64,000 nt of DNA. Origin: Harriotta raleighana. Its lineage: Eukaryota. The stretch's first letter is position 1. Every line of letters begins with the position of its first letter. A program made the translations under genes and the position numbers. Shown here in pieces: positions 25,398 to 39,723 of this stretch. The notes beneath the pieces are model-generated. The model was given only the letters and a program-made list of their open reading frames with translations, searched no databases and had not been told where the DNA came from. The stretch lies in contig JBNZDD010013386.1 in assembly GCA_050575255.1 (NCBI GenBank), positions 124,001 through 188,000 of the forward strand, in the 5' to 3' direction.

Positions 25398-26381
25398 ACC
25401 AATTTATGATCCACTTTCCCCGATTTATAAACCTATTACTGTTAAGATTTGAAGCCACAATAAGAACAAAGTATTTAATCTTTCCAGATCAAAAGAGCAG
25501 CTCGAGGTTTATTATGTGGGAGCTGAAGTTCAAGTAGAAATGAGGACGACAAGTTGTAAGAAACACAATGACACGCGATACAGACCTTCTCTTTCTCTCT
25601 TTCCTTTGGCACCTCCAGCGCGGGAGGGTAGGCAAACGTTGATGCTTTGCAGTTTGATCGGTACTGGACTTTCGGCATCTACAACACAAAGTGAATATTA
25701 AAAACATGTCAAATACTTTTTGGCTTCGGAAATCAAACAGCTACCACTTGAAATCTAGATCTAGGGGAACATTTTGGAATTATTTGATCTGATTTCGACA
25801 TTTAATTACACAACACAGAAGCCATACAAATAACTAATGTGTAAAGTTTGTGTGAATCAAATTATTGACAACTAAAATATTGAGAGGTTGCACTGAAAGA
25901 TACTGTGATTTAATACTCACACAGCTAGTTTTCAGTATCTGATGAGTGTATGTGTGCACACATGTGCGTTCGTATGTATGCATATGTACCCTATTTACAC
26001 ATTAATTCTCTCATTTCATCAGAGAGTAGCCTCTGGTAGCACAACAGCATCACAACCAACTTCAATATTTATTGAAACAGAATTATTTTCCAATTATTCA
26101 GGACCAACAGCTTTGAATCATAGTGACAAGGACCACATTCTGCTGACAAAGAAGTTTCATTCATTTTTGGGTGATCGGCTCAGGGCACATCTTCTGGGGT
26201 TAATAGATCAAATGTTGAAGCCACCAAGTTTCCATCGTAAAGTAAATACATATTATGTGCAATCCCCTGGAGTATGTGGGGATAGGACAGATCATCAAGA
26301 TTAAATACTTTGTTCTTATTGTGGCTTCAAATCTTAACAGTAATAGGTTTATAAATCGGGGAAAGTGGATCATAAATTGGT
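25398..26381. repeat. Perfect 85-bp inverted repeat pair (25398-25482 / 26297-26381)
   Basis: Base-by-base reverse-complement identity; 814-nt spacer containing the PSMD1 exon 25586-25678. Confidence 0.95.
25586..25678 (-). CDS. PSMD1: PSMD1 coding exon (~exon 21), symmetric 93 nt
   Basis: [31 protein letters not shown]; phase 0/0; acceptor gttgtag, donor AAG|GTCTGT. Confidence 0.96.
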
Positions 26382-26516
26382 AGTATTGAAACAGCTAGTA
26401 TTGAAATAGTACATTGTCAGGGAACTCGAGTCGATGTTCATCTCTAGGTGAATGCTCTGGATGTGCAAGTAAGTAAGTTTTCCTGTACAAACATACCAGC
26501 TCTCAACTGTATTTTA

Positions 26517-26765
<249 letters not shown>

Positions 26766-26844
26766 TCACAAGATCAGACCCACCATCATCACCAACCCTT
26801 CCCCCATGGTGACATCAGCCGCAGAAACAAGGTTAACTAAGACA

Positions 26845-27540
26845 TGAATGTAGATGACATCCAACTCCATCTTTCTGCCTCTACCCTCGATTCCAGGATC
26901 ACTCTCTGTCTGACATCTGGAATGAGAGCTAACTTTCTATAGTTGAATATCAACAAGACTGAGAGCCACCTGATTGGCTCGTGCCAGCGCCTTCACACAT
27001 CAGGCATCGGCAGCATCAACCTCCATGGTTGCACACTCATCAAGCCAGTCAGGAACCTAAGTGTCTTGTTCAATCCTCAACAGTCTTTCCTCGCCCACAT
27101 CCAAGTCATGACCCGCTCTGCCATCCCCCACCTCCGCAATATTGCCCGACTCCGCATTACTTCACCCCTGAGGCCGCTGACTCTCATTCATGCCTTCATT
27201 ACATCTAGGCCCAACTACGCCCTGCTTGAGACAACTTTCAGGTGCGGGGTTGTGATGTGGACAAGTGATAGGAATGTAGCCTTTATTTTAATTCACCAGT
27301 CAAAGCAGATAAAAACAACCTGTATTTTTCTTTAGGTATTCCAATTCAATTGTCTAATTTTAGCCACTCTGCCTGTGCTCTCGGGGAATTCTGTCCCTCT
27401 GACTTGCCCCCTTCCACCCCATCTTCAAAGTCCAACTCAAGACCTACCTCTTTGGCCATGCTTTTGAACATCTTTCTCCTACCCACCCCCAGCTCAGGTA
27501 CATATCCATTTGCGTGAAGCGCTTTTAAGATAAAGCATAT
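26845..27540 (+). mobile_element. Degenerate L2-type LINE fragment (RT C-terminus and 3' end, interrupted)
   Basis: DDIQL motif, then LNINKTE...RNLSVLF...HLRNIARLR...LIHAFITSR with stops and frameshifts. Confidence 0.85.
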
Positions 27541-28169
27541 CGAATAAGTATAAAAGCTATAGAAACATAAATTGTATTATTCTCTATGTTGAGCCATGAA
27601 AACACAGGTTGTAAAAATCACACCAAGAACATTCAATAGTGGGAGCACGAATTGGAATTTGAAAGTGCAGTTATTGTGCTGTCAAGCTTGTTCCATTTAA
27701 TAGCTCACACATAATCATCTCATCACATTTCCCTTTAATGACAACCTTCTCCTCAAATTCTCATCAACTCACAATAAGACAGCACTGCATATTTCAGCAA
27801 GACATTCCACTCACATCTAGAGAGCAACATTATTTATTGAAAGGAAGAATCGAAATCTGTAATTACAGAATGCATTTAATGAAATAATGAAATGACATTC
27901 AATCATGTCAAGCCTGAAGTGGTTGATTCACCTTACTTATTGTGTCAAACCACAAATGATAGAATGCTGACAATCTCGGATATTTCAATTTGTTAAAAAA
28001 AAAACTGTTTTAAATCAAACTAATTTGTTTCAAAATACTGTAGTTGTTTCTGATGTGTTTTCTCAGACTTGTAGGTTTTCTTTATTTGTAGATTTCCCCA
28101 TTATCATTTCACCACGCTTGTTTTTTCTCCTTTCACCACGACAGTCCGGTTAAGCAGTATTAACTGTAA

Positions 28170-28500
28170 TAATGATTTCATTTGATACCGTGCTTTTCAT
28201 GTCGGAAGGAGATCTTAAAGGAATTCACGGGATGTTTGCTGCAGTGCCTGTGGATTTTTGTAGGAAAACATGGCAGCCAATGCTTTCTCACAAACAACTG
28301 TGAAGTGAATGACCAATTTTATTTGCGGTGATTGTTGGCCAGGATTGCTGGGAGAATCTCCGATCACTTTTCAATTTATGCCATGGTATCTTTAAAATCC
28401 ACCTGAACAGATACATGGGACATCGGTTTACTGGCTCATCCAAATACAGCACCTCCGATATTACACAACACTCTGAACACTGTATTGGGAGTGTCATGCT
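28170..28500 (-). mobile_element. Deu-domain SINE (SacSINE1/AmnSINE1-like), diverged
   Basis: Reverse complement reads tcggaggtgctgtatttggatgag...aaaccgatgtccc...caggtgga..ttaaagataccatggca..., resembling the Deu domain as recalled. Confidence 0.72.
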
Positions 28501-30090
28501 TCATATTGTGTCCACAAGTATTCATAATAAAAAGTGTTCTTAAGATCAAATTCGATCATCTGTAAGTGTATTACAGACCTTGACAGATCTGCTGATCTGT
28601 GTGCATCTGGGTTCAGTCAGAGATGGGATTCAGCCCTGTTACCACTCACCTACTATCCGAGACACGTGGCTTATTGTAACCCAAAGAATCAAGTGAAAAC
28701 ATTCCAATAGAAATGTTCTAACCAAGAAAAAAAACTATACAAAGACTAAAATCTAGAGTGTGGGATTTGCATCATCTGTCTATGTAGAGAGATTTAGATT
28801 CCTGAAAACAAGCCTTGCACAGAAACTGCTTAGTATCTAGGTCCTTAATTAAATGTCAGTGATGCTGGTCTACACTGCGGTTTTCCTCGCTGCTGAAACC
28901 ACAGATTTGTATGAAACAATCGGAGGCCATTCAGTCAATGTTTTAATGTTGGTGTTTGCTTCGTGAAGCCATCCACCTAACTCTCAATTTCCTGCTCTTT
29001 CCCCATATGCATTAATACAGTTCCTCTGATTGTGGCTGTCCAATTATTTTCTAAATACTCCAATTGATCCTTTTGTGGGTATGTAGTGCAGTAGTCACAC
29101 ACTGAAAGCTGAGATATTACCCGTCTTGACAGCTGCAGTTTGAATGTCAGTTGGAAATTCAAGATTAAATCAGGAAGCCATTTCTGAGAGTATTCATAAT
29201 CTCACCGCGTATTTATCAGAGTCTGGGATGACAGATAATGCCCTCAGGATAGTACTAAAGCAATATCCATCCGCACATCCAGTTCAAAATGTCTTTAGTG
29301 CAGCTCAAAGATGTTGTAAAATGTAATTATGTGTCTCTTCAGACTCCAAAAGTAAGACTTTGCCCTAAAACAGATTCTTTAGCTCCAAATCTCATTACAG
29401 TGGCATGTTTTTTTCCTTTGCTCCAAATCTATGGGCTCAAAGATGGAGGGTATTGAAGGATTAAACATTGCCTTGAAGTATCAGGGTTGAACAGCACATT
29501 ACAGTTACTGTATAACAGCCTCTGGCTAAAGATGTTTTCAGTTGATTGATATTAATTCAGATCGTTAGGTTTTGCTTACTATTTTGTAAACCATTTCAAG
29601 CATTTTATGGATTAGTTTTTGGATAAAAGGAGTTGATTATTACAGAGAAAGTGGCTAGGTTTTGAAATACAATACATGCATTTAGATGCTCATTCAGTTT
29701 GTTTGTATATTGCAATAATAATCCTTGCATTTGATATAGCATCTTATCACATTGTTGAGATGTCTCAAAGCGTGTCACCAAGTAAATTGTAAAATGGATT
29801 GACTGTGTATTTTGTGGGTGAAATACAGCAGCCATTTGCGCACAGCGTTGACTCCCAAACAGTCGTCGATTGAATGACCAATCGTGTTATAAAGTCATAG
29901 GTACAAAAAAATGTTTGGTTCATTTACCACAGATATGGTCTCTTACTCATTTTTCCAACGCAGTTCACCTCCCACATACAGGTGGAATCACCATTCAACA
30001 AAACAGAAGTGAACATCAAACGTTTACAAATGCGTAAAACATCTGCAGCTCTTCCATTCTCGGCTGAGTCACTCTCAGCTATGCACTTTA

Positions 30091-30264
<174 letters not shown>

Positions 30265-32009
30265 CTAATTTAGGGAACGCAGGGCAGACGTCAGTGAGGA
30301 ACTTGTAAACACATCAAAACAGACCAATTCAAACACAGAATTGTATACATTCACACCAGGGAGGTTTAAATTTGGGACCATCTAATAATGAGTGCATAGA
30401 AAAATTATTCAAACAATTCAAGATAGATGTTCACACAACAGGATTCACTATAAAATGCACACACTTATATACATACTCCAAAGGAACAGAGATGATAGGG
30501 GATACAGTTACATTAACAATTTGTCCACATTTGGTTAGATCTGAAAATAGTCAGCATCTGAAAATCACAGTCAGAGGCTATAAACATGGATCCCTCATGG
30601 ATGCTATTGAATATTTTTCTCAGACAATTAACCCTCATTTGTGGGGTACAACACTGTTTGCAATGGCAGTGAAGAGCCGAGGCTGGAGTGAAGGAATCAA
30701 ATGAATGCCGTGACTTGTCGCACTTACACTTTTTCCAGTTTAGATCTTTCAGAACCAAAATATTTACATTTCACACATGTAAATTATTATTCTTTTGGGC
30801 AGTGAAATTGCTGTTCATGCAACAGAATAATCTGAAGTACAATCTAAAACAGAACAGCTGACAGGAAATTGGGAAGTTAATGCCTGGTGCAGAAAGACTG
30901 GGAATAAAACCTGATGACCTGAAGAAAGATGTGATGTTCCAGCTCCATCACAGGAGGTGAAATCTATTTCAAAGTAAAGGATACTTACTTTTATAAAGGT
31001 TTTGAAATTTTGTTCATTTAACATTTCTGAACAAAACAACAAAATGACACTTGTATAGCATCAAGCAGCTGGACAGTCATTGTTTCAGAAAAGTAAAACA
31101 TTGAAATGCTCACTAAAAAATTCTTTACTCTCCCTTGAAATGCATTTGGAACATGAAACAGCAGAGTGCAAATTAATTTCCATTTGATTAACTTCAGTAT
31201 GGATCATAGGTTTTCATTCGGTGTTCAATCATCCTTGCTGACAGACCATTTATAATCTCATTTAGACATCTGATTAAATGGAAGTTTAAAAAGATCTAGT
31301 GCTCCCCGATTTATCAGTGAGAATAGTCACCATCCAATGAAAAAGTAAAGATACAAACTGGCTGGGCCCACATGGTGAAGTTTAGTGTTGTAGACATATA
31401 TTAGCAGAGATCAGTGCTCGCCAAACTGCCTGTGGGGATGTTCTGGCCCACAGGGATGTCAGGAAGCAGCCCCCCAAATATTCACACCAATCTGAGTAAA
31501 TCAATCAGTGTTTGAAGTCATCTGTGCGCAATTGGCTGCCGTGTTGCACCTACAATTATACCATCAATTCACTTTATAGTATATTCTGTGAAGCACTTTG
31601 AGACGTGTAGAAAATGTGGAAAGCGTTAAATCAAATGCAAGGATTATTATTATTATTCTGTTACCAGGCTTTTCTTGATCAAATGTTTTTGATTTATCGA
31701 GTGAGTGGGAAGGAGCTCTATTGCCAAGTGGATTCACTTGTACATCCATTAGCAGAAGAAGTCAGAGGGAAAAGACATAGGTGTGATTGGTCAGTCAAGT
31801 TTTCAACCTTTTTAAGGCGTACTGCTTCTTCACACCAATCTCCCATGGAAGACACTCTTGCTCTCTCCCATCTGGACTGCTCTAACTCTATATAAGGGTT
31901 GTGACTCAGGTGAATACTAAACTTGTGTTCTACTGGAAGTGCATGTTTTCCACACTCTCATTTATAAATTTCCATTTGAAAAACACAACATAAGTGTTGA
32001 GCACTATTT

Positions 32010-32075
32010 ACATGTACAATAGTCCAATTCACACATACAATCACTCGATTCACATGTACAAAAGTCCAATTCACA
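32010..32075. repeat. 21-bp minisatellite, about 3 units
   Basis: acatgtacaatagtccaattc / acacatacaatcactcgattc / acatgtacaaaagtccaattc. Confidence 0.75.
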
Positions 32076-32995
32076 GCTGTAGTTCAACTACCACCCAAGA
32101 ACTGCAACAGAAAAGTTCTGATCTCTGGAGGAGAGAGGGGAATGTTTGTACGAATACAGTTAAACTAACTATGTAACAGGGTTCCCTTCTGGAAGAGATT
32201 TCAACCTGAAAATACTTGCAGTTAAGGCCGTTATTTCAAAACACCTTAATATAAATAAATGGGTTTCTGTCAGTTCAGCAGCCAATCCCAATGGACTGTA
32301 GTGATTTAGCTTCTCTTGGAAGGGTTTGTTTAAATAATCTGAAGGATAAGAGACTAAGCCAAATACTTCAGTGCAAGCAGCAGTGATCAGTTACACAGTC
32401 ACAGTGATCAGGCACTATATGAAGGAGGACTGTGGTCCCCAAACTACAATAGCCGCAAAGTATTAGGCAGCTGACTGCCCAACAACCTGCTGCACACCAC
32501 TGCAAACATATTGCCTTCAGTTGTGTCCTGCTTTACACAAGCTAGTTTCTACCCAATGTTAATACAATTGGAATGCTTACCTTGGTTTAAGGAAGATGGG
32601 GAAGCTAATTGAATGTGAACATTTTAAAGACTGGAAGGCTGCACCAAACACAGCAGTTTTAGTTGCCTCAATGTTAAATTCCCTAGCGTAATGTAAACCC
32701 ACATAGCTCGCCACTGCGAGCACTGCCTGACAAGCTTTCCATGTTAACAAGCTTTCTTACTTCACGACACATATTGCAGGGATTGTGACAGCGAGAACTC
32801 CCTTTTCTAATATATTCACGAGCAGAGCAAGATCTTGGAAGCCTGAATAGTGTAAAACAAGAACAAATGCATTTACACAGCATCCGTCATGCCTTAACAT
32901 ATTAGGGAAGGGTGTCTCTCTCCAGGGAGAGAGTGCCCATTTGATTCCAATATCTCTGGAATTTCCATGTATAGACGGGAAGCATGAAACTCTCA

Positions 32996-33220
<225 letters not shown>

Positions 33221-34857
33221 TCAGGTGGAGTACACCAGATAAATACGCCCTGTGGATATTGAACTCGAATGGCATAGTTATAGAATGATTCAGCACAGAA
33301 ACAGGCCATTGGGCCCAACCAGTCCGTGCGGTATTTATACTCCACACAAGCAAGAGTATTCCTGGGCACCATCTCACAGAACCACAGGAGCACTGGCACA
33401 GACATGTCAGACTGGAGCTTGATTTAGGGATGTCAACACTCCTTTCCAACTATTAGACAGTGCAGTACGTTGACCAAAGTGAAAGAGATTATAATGAACA
33501 CACAGTAATTTGGGGAGATTTTGAATAGTAAGCGAGGTAGCTGCTGAACAGTAGTTTCCTTTCATGTCCACTGTGATTACTGTCGTCACTTGCTGGGAAT
33601 TATCTTTCTGTTTGAACTCAAACCAGAAAATGTTTCGATTAGAAACTCCAGTTAGGAGTGAGATGTGTGAGTATTAAGCTTTTACAGCCATAAACCTTTA
33701 TATACAGCGATTATGAAAGATTACTTAAGAACCTCTAAACACTACTAAACCTGTTAGGGCAAAGTAGAGAAATAAACCATAATTTCCCATGCAGTGTGAA
33801 AGAGAAGCCCTTTAGGACACCAGCAGTTATTTTTAGCTGGATGATGAAGAGGCCAGACCAGCCTTGAATTAATACTTCTAATGTTACTTACCCTACTTAT
33901 ACACTATGGCCATCTTTCCTACTAGTTAGTTTCTGAACATAGATTCAATGTCAAACACATTAGTTTAGCTGTGGTCATCTGTTCTCAATGATCTACCTCC
34001 AAACAAAATGACTGCACTGAAGGGAAATTAACTCAGTCATTCTGCTCCTCGAACACTGCACCAGTCATGCAGTCTTCAGCACAGCTACTTGACAACTCCC
34101 AACAGCATTTACACGTACTTTAACATGTTATAATAGAGGGATTTATGTTGATAATCTAAATCCCATCAGGCTGACAAAATGTGTGGTTATGTTATCCATT
34201 GCTAATGGACTTCATTCCAAACTAAAATGTTTATAGGAGATGTGAAAGTTTTAAAATTTTTCAGAACGTCGGGATTTATATTACATGCTCATTTATAATA
34301 GGATGGAAATACAGAAACTCCTATTAAGGGTATTCGGACTCCTAAAACTGACAGCTTCACAGCACAATACCAGGTAAATGTAGCCACCACAATCCATCCT
34401 CATTGAACCTACTCTACAGCCAAGTCACTACACAATAAGAACAAACACGATAGCATCGAATGCATGCAATCAAGGTTATCAAGTGTTTTTTATTTTAATG
34501 ATTATTTTAAAGCCAAGGAAATAAAGCCACATTATGCACTAATAAAGGCAGATATAAATAATATACATTAAAAATAAATAAAATATACCCCAAAATGATA
34601 CAAGCATAATTTATCCTGTTTGATTAAATGATCTGATTTTCATTCTGTCCTAATGGCTTTTGAAAGTTGAAATATGTAAATTAAAACATTATTATACAAC
34701 ACCATTAATCCTGAACATTGTCCAATTTAAAGTGGTATATTCATTATAAGTAGCACTATGGAACAATTAAGCAATATCTGTTTCACAGATAACAAGGTTG
34801 GGAAGATGACAGGATTACATACGAAACACTAATGGACGTTCAACCTAAATAAGCACT

Positions 34858-35755
34858 NNNNNNNNNNNNNNNNNNNNNNNNNNNNNNNNNNNNNNNNNNN
34901 NNNNNNNNNNNNNNNNNNNNNNNNNNNNNNNNNNNNNNNNNNNNNNNNNNNNNNNNNNNNNNNNNNNNNNNNNNNNNNNNNNNNNNNNNNNNNNNNNNNN
35001 NNNNNNNNNNNNNNNNNNNNNNNNNNNNNNNNNNNNNNNNNNNNNNNNNNNNNNNNNNNNNNNNNNNNNNNNNNNNNNNNNNNNNNNNNNNNNNNNNNNN
35101 NNNNNNNNNNNNNNNNNNNNNNNNNNNNNNNNNNNNNNNNNNNNNNNNNNNNNNNNNNNNNNNNNNNNNNNNNNNNNNNNNNNNNNNNNNNNNNNNNNNN
35201 NNNNNNNNNNNNNNNNNNNNNNNNNNNNNNNNNNNNNNNNNNNNNNNNNNNNNNNNNNNNNNNNNNNNNNNNNNNNNNNNNNNNNNNNNNNNNNNNNNNN
35301 NNNNNNNNNNNNNNNNNNNNNNNNNNNNNNNNNNNNNNNNNNNNNNNNNNNNNNNNNNNNNNNNNNNNNNNNNNNNNNNNNNNNNNNNNNNNNNNNNNNN
35401 NNNNNNNNNNNNNNNNNNNNNNNNNNNNNNNNNNNNNNNNNNNNNNNNNNNNNNNNNNNNNNNNNNNNNNNNNNNNNNNNNNNNNNNNNNNNNNNNNNNN
35501 NNNNNNNNNNNNNNNNNNNNNNNNNNNNNNNNNNNNNNNNNNNNNNNNNNNNNNNNNNNNNNNNNNNNNNNNNNNNNNNNNNNNNNNNNNNNNNNNNNNN
35601 NNNNNNNNNNNNNNNNNNNNNNNNNNNNNNNNNNNNNNNNNNNNNNNNNNNNNNNNNNNNNNNNNNNNNNNNNNNNNNNNNNNNNNNNNNNNNNNNNNNN
35701 NNNNNNNNNNNNNNNNNNNNNNNNNNNNNNNNNNNNNNNNNNNNNNNNNNNNNNN
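34858..35755. other. Assembly gap (898 N)
   Basis: Run of N inside a PSMD1 intron; the flanking exons join in frame, so no coding exon is missing. Confidence 0.99.
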
Positions 35756-36004
35756 CCTTTCTCCGCCCTTTCTCCGTCCTTTTTCCTCCCTGATTTTACC
35801 CCACCCGCGTTTTCCTCCGTCTCCCCCCTTGTCCCTTTTTCTCCCTTTCTTCCCTGGCCCCATTTCCGTGTGTGTTTGTGGGGACACTGCTGTGCGCATT
35901 TTGGCTGCCGCGTTTCTCCCCAGATATACACCTGATTTTCTTTCTCTCTTCCTCCTACCCCAACCCCTCCCCTTGCCCTCTTTCCCCCTTTCATCCCTGG
36001 CCCT

Positions 36005-36200
36005 CTCGCTTCCATGACTGTTTGTGGGACAATGCTGTGCGCAATTTGGCTGCCGTGTTTCGCCCACAAATATACAGTCAGTATTTTCCTGCTTTTCTTC
36101 CCCCGACCCCTCCCCCCAATTGACTGTACAGCGCCTTGGGACGTCCTCCTGACGTGAAAGGCGCTATATAAATACAATAAATAAATAAATAAAATAAAAT
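36005..36200 (+). mobile_element. SINE core fused to an L2-type tail, ending (TAAA)n
   Basis: ccatgactgtttgtggg...cgcccacaaatatacagtca, a C-rich linker, then gcgccttgggacgtcctcctgacgtgaaaggcgct. Confidence 0.78.
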
Positions 36201-36429
36201 AGTATTCTATTGGGTTTAATGGGGTATTCCTAGCCTGATCACATGCTCTTTAGACACTTGATTTATATGCCTTGCCCACTTTTCAATCCAACACCAGGTC
36301 CTTGTCACTGTAGCACTTATCACAAGATTTTCCCCAAATCTGGACAACTCAGTGAAGAACTGGCCATCTGTACGGTATCAGCACATTGATGGAGCAGATT
36401 GTCTGGTAGCAGAAAGGCGAGAGGCTCAC

Positions 36430-36544
36430 CTTGTTGCCAGTTCCAGCACAGCATATTCCCAGAGCCAGAGCAGCACCATATCGAACATGAGGATTGTAGC
36501 TTTCAGAAAGCAGGGACACCACACTTGGGCACTGTTCAGGAGTT
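36430..36544 (-). CDS. PSMD1: PSMD1 coding exon (~exon 17)
   Basis: (R)[38 protein letters not shown]; 115 nt; acceptor cccacag, donor AAG|GTGAGC; phase joins the exon ending at 61442. Confidence 0.97.
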
Positions 36545-39500
36545 CTGTGGGAAAAGCGACAAAACAAACAGGCTTATAATTCTGGACAGTTTTATCTTCA
36601 GTGTTGTCAAATAAAATGCATTTCTAAGCTGCAGCAAATGTCCTCCAGAGACATCAGTTAGTGCAATGGAAAATCTGAAGTCAATTAACAATTTCCAACA
36701 TGCAAGTAATTACATATTTAAAAGCATAATGCAATACCATTCATATTATGTCATCAAAACATTTTAAAGTGCTTCACAGGATCTTACTCTGAAGTGTAGT
36801 GAATATATATTTGTAGACAAAAATGGTAGCCCATTTGTGCTTAACAATGTCCCACGGCAATGAAGGGAATGCACAAATTTTTATTTGGAGGATCCTTGGC
36901 AGGAAACTGGAAAAAAAACCTCCCGTTTCTTTTATACCATAAAAGATGGATACCATTATTTTCTGTTTCTGTTTTGAACCACCAAGGAAGATGGAACAAT
37001 GAAACCCCAAAGGGTTATGCTTATAAAATTGAAAAAAATATTATTTTCACTTGACATCATCCTCCCTACATGAAAGGTGCTCTATAAATGTAATTTTGTT
37101 GTTGTGGTTTTAAGCATACTGATCTTCCTGCATTCCAACCTCAAGCTGAAGATGCTTTCTTTAGATAATGGAAGCTTCATTGATTTTCATGGAAATAAAT
37201 TGAGTTTGAATAACAATCGGCAGGTAGATGCGGGGATAGAAGAATTTTTGCTCAACATTGGCATTATGGGTGTTAATTAGGGGATGAAGGCAATAATAGG
37301 TCAGGTGAATGAGGAATAAGACACTGTCATGTGTGTCCAAAATGGACATCTTTTTATTTCAGATATGAATGACAGCCGCCACTGTTTGACCCTCACTAGC
37401 ATTTGCTTAAATAAATCAAAGTCTGGTTTTATCCATCATTTTCACAAAACCCTTCTGGGAACATGAAATTTCTAAAGTGACATTTAGATTACAAACTGAG
37501 GTTTGGTCCTGCGGAGGAGTCAACCTTGAGCTACACTTGAGGAGAAGGAAAGATTCACAGCCTGCTTATCAGCCTACACAACAGCAATGGCAAGACTGCT
37601 TTATGGGGATTAAGATTCCAAGGTTTTCCTTCTATTCTTTCTTTTTAGCGCTCACTAATTCACTTTCTTTACTTAACAAAAATAATATTCTATCAATCCA
37701 TGCTCTCAGGGCCTTGGGACGTGCTCCCAATGTGTGAAAGGCACTTTACAAATGTAATTTTGTTTTGTATGGCATTTGTCTTCTTTTGAAGCTCCAGGGA
37801 TTATGATTTGTTTCTCCCGAGAGAAAGCGAGAGAAAACAAAGTGCGGCAACAGTATAATGCATTTCTAAATGACGCAAATTTGGTTATAATGTGTTTGCA
37901 TGATGCACTCCATTCACCTTGAATGTGTGCAGACAGCCTGCTCACTCATCTACTGCACGTTTGGAAATTTCCTATCACAACGGTCACTTCTAAGGTGTCA
38001 GTTTCTCACCAATATCACTCCCTGTTTTCTGCACATGCTCAAAGCAGAACCTGACAACCCAGAGGTTTACTTTTTGAAAATAAAACATGGGAATTGGTCC
38101 AGCAAAGAGTGAACCAGTTAATTTTGGGTGAAGCCAGTCACCATAGAGCAAGTTGGGATTTTATGGATTCCACTGCTACATTTATAACAAGGTTCCACTA
38201 TACAATCTACCCTTGCCTGTGCCCACATCAGTTAGAAGAATAATGTACATCTATATTGTGCATTTCACTTAAAATAAATAGAGCATAAAATACAATAGAT
38301 ATGGCTAGACTTGAAATATTATTTCCACTATATTGCTACAGGGCTTAAAACTGAAGACTTCCTTTAATAGAAGATGCACCACAAATGAAAAGCAATAATT
38401 CACTGCATAACAGAAAGCAGAATTGCAGTTGCTAACACATGCAAACGCGGACAATTTTATCTTAGAAATTTTCCTCCACAGGAAGGAATGGAAAAGTTCT
38501 CGATAGTATGTGAACTTGGAAAATTAACGGTCGATGGCTTTCCAGGTGTAATGTTTCGTCACTGCATACTTTTCAGTTTACTCAGAATTTAGGAAACCAG
38601 TAAAGTTCAAACCACATTTTCAACAATATTTTAATACAAGCCTTCACTGGCAATCTCACAATGATTTGATACAGGTAAGTAAAGGGTCAATGTCTTGCGA
38701 ATAGACACTGTGATATTGTACTTAAGTACTGTGAAAGGTGCTATTTAAATGTAAATTGTAATATCTCATCTGAAGCACAACAAGTTTGACAATGTAGTGT
38801 TCCCACTAATACAGCACTGAGCATCTGCTCAGATTTTGAGCTCAAAGTCCCATGTAATCTATAACAACAACAACAACTTGCATTTATACAGCATCCTCCA
38901 CGTCAGACGGCTTCCCAGACCACTTCATAACAGCAGAAAACTTCCCAAAAGTGAATCATCACAAGTATTGAAGTTCTAAAATTCTTATTATCAATATTTA
39001 CAAAACTATGGGGAGGGAGAAATGTCACATATGCAAGCGTTAGTAACATTTCTGATTAGTATTTTGTATTAAACTACATTTCCCTGCCATACAACTTGAA
39101 TGTAATGTCTCCAGTGAGCAGATTAAAAGAAAGGCCCAGGGATTATTTAAAGGAAAGTAAATATATAGCTCCAGTTTCTACAAAGCACTAAATTAGACTT
39201 CCATTCACGATCAAAGCAGCACAGGAAAACATTGATGATTCACTCATTTGGCTTGACTGTTCTGGTAATGTTCAAATAATCATTAATAGTCCTAATCTCA
39301 ATTCTGCAGCACTGGTCTCACCCCAATTCCTTCTATGACAATAGAAAAAGATGAGCATTTCTGAAAGCCAACCACATTGGTTTAATTACTGGTTTGAGAT
39401 TGAGGATGGCAATTATTCAGTTCATTGATTTTTGACGGATTTCATAGATATAAATTGGTCCTTTAGACAAGTGCCTTTCCTTTATAGCTCTTTTCTCCTA

Positions 39501-39560
39501 CATATGGTGCTTGGTGCTAGGCTAACAATCGATGCATAACATAGGTTATCGATGATCCTA

Positions 39561-39723
39561 GATGGTTTAGTACAATGTAATCATAGCTAAGCCTGTCCCT
39601 TACCTCAAAGCCACATATTTGCACCTCAAGGATCCTTATAACCTTGAACGATCCTTGAGGTGCAAATATGTGGCTTTGAGGTAAGGGACAGGCTTAGCTA
39701 TGATTACATTGTTCTAAACCATC
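39561..39723. repeat. Hairpin with 74-bp arms (1 mismatch) and a 15-nt loop
   Basis: 39561-39634 is the reverse complement of 39650-39723 except T39571/T39713. Confidence 0.95.

Noticed and set aside
35756-36004. Apparent tandem SINE duplication next to the gap
   Set aside because: A C/T-rich degraded version of 36005-36120 at a contig end; it may be low-quality sequence and cannot be interpreted.
34829-36177. 412-aa and 445-aa ORFs
   Set aside because: They are open only because they cross the N gap; the remainder is SINE and low-complexity sequence.
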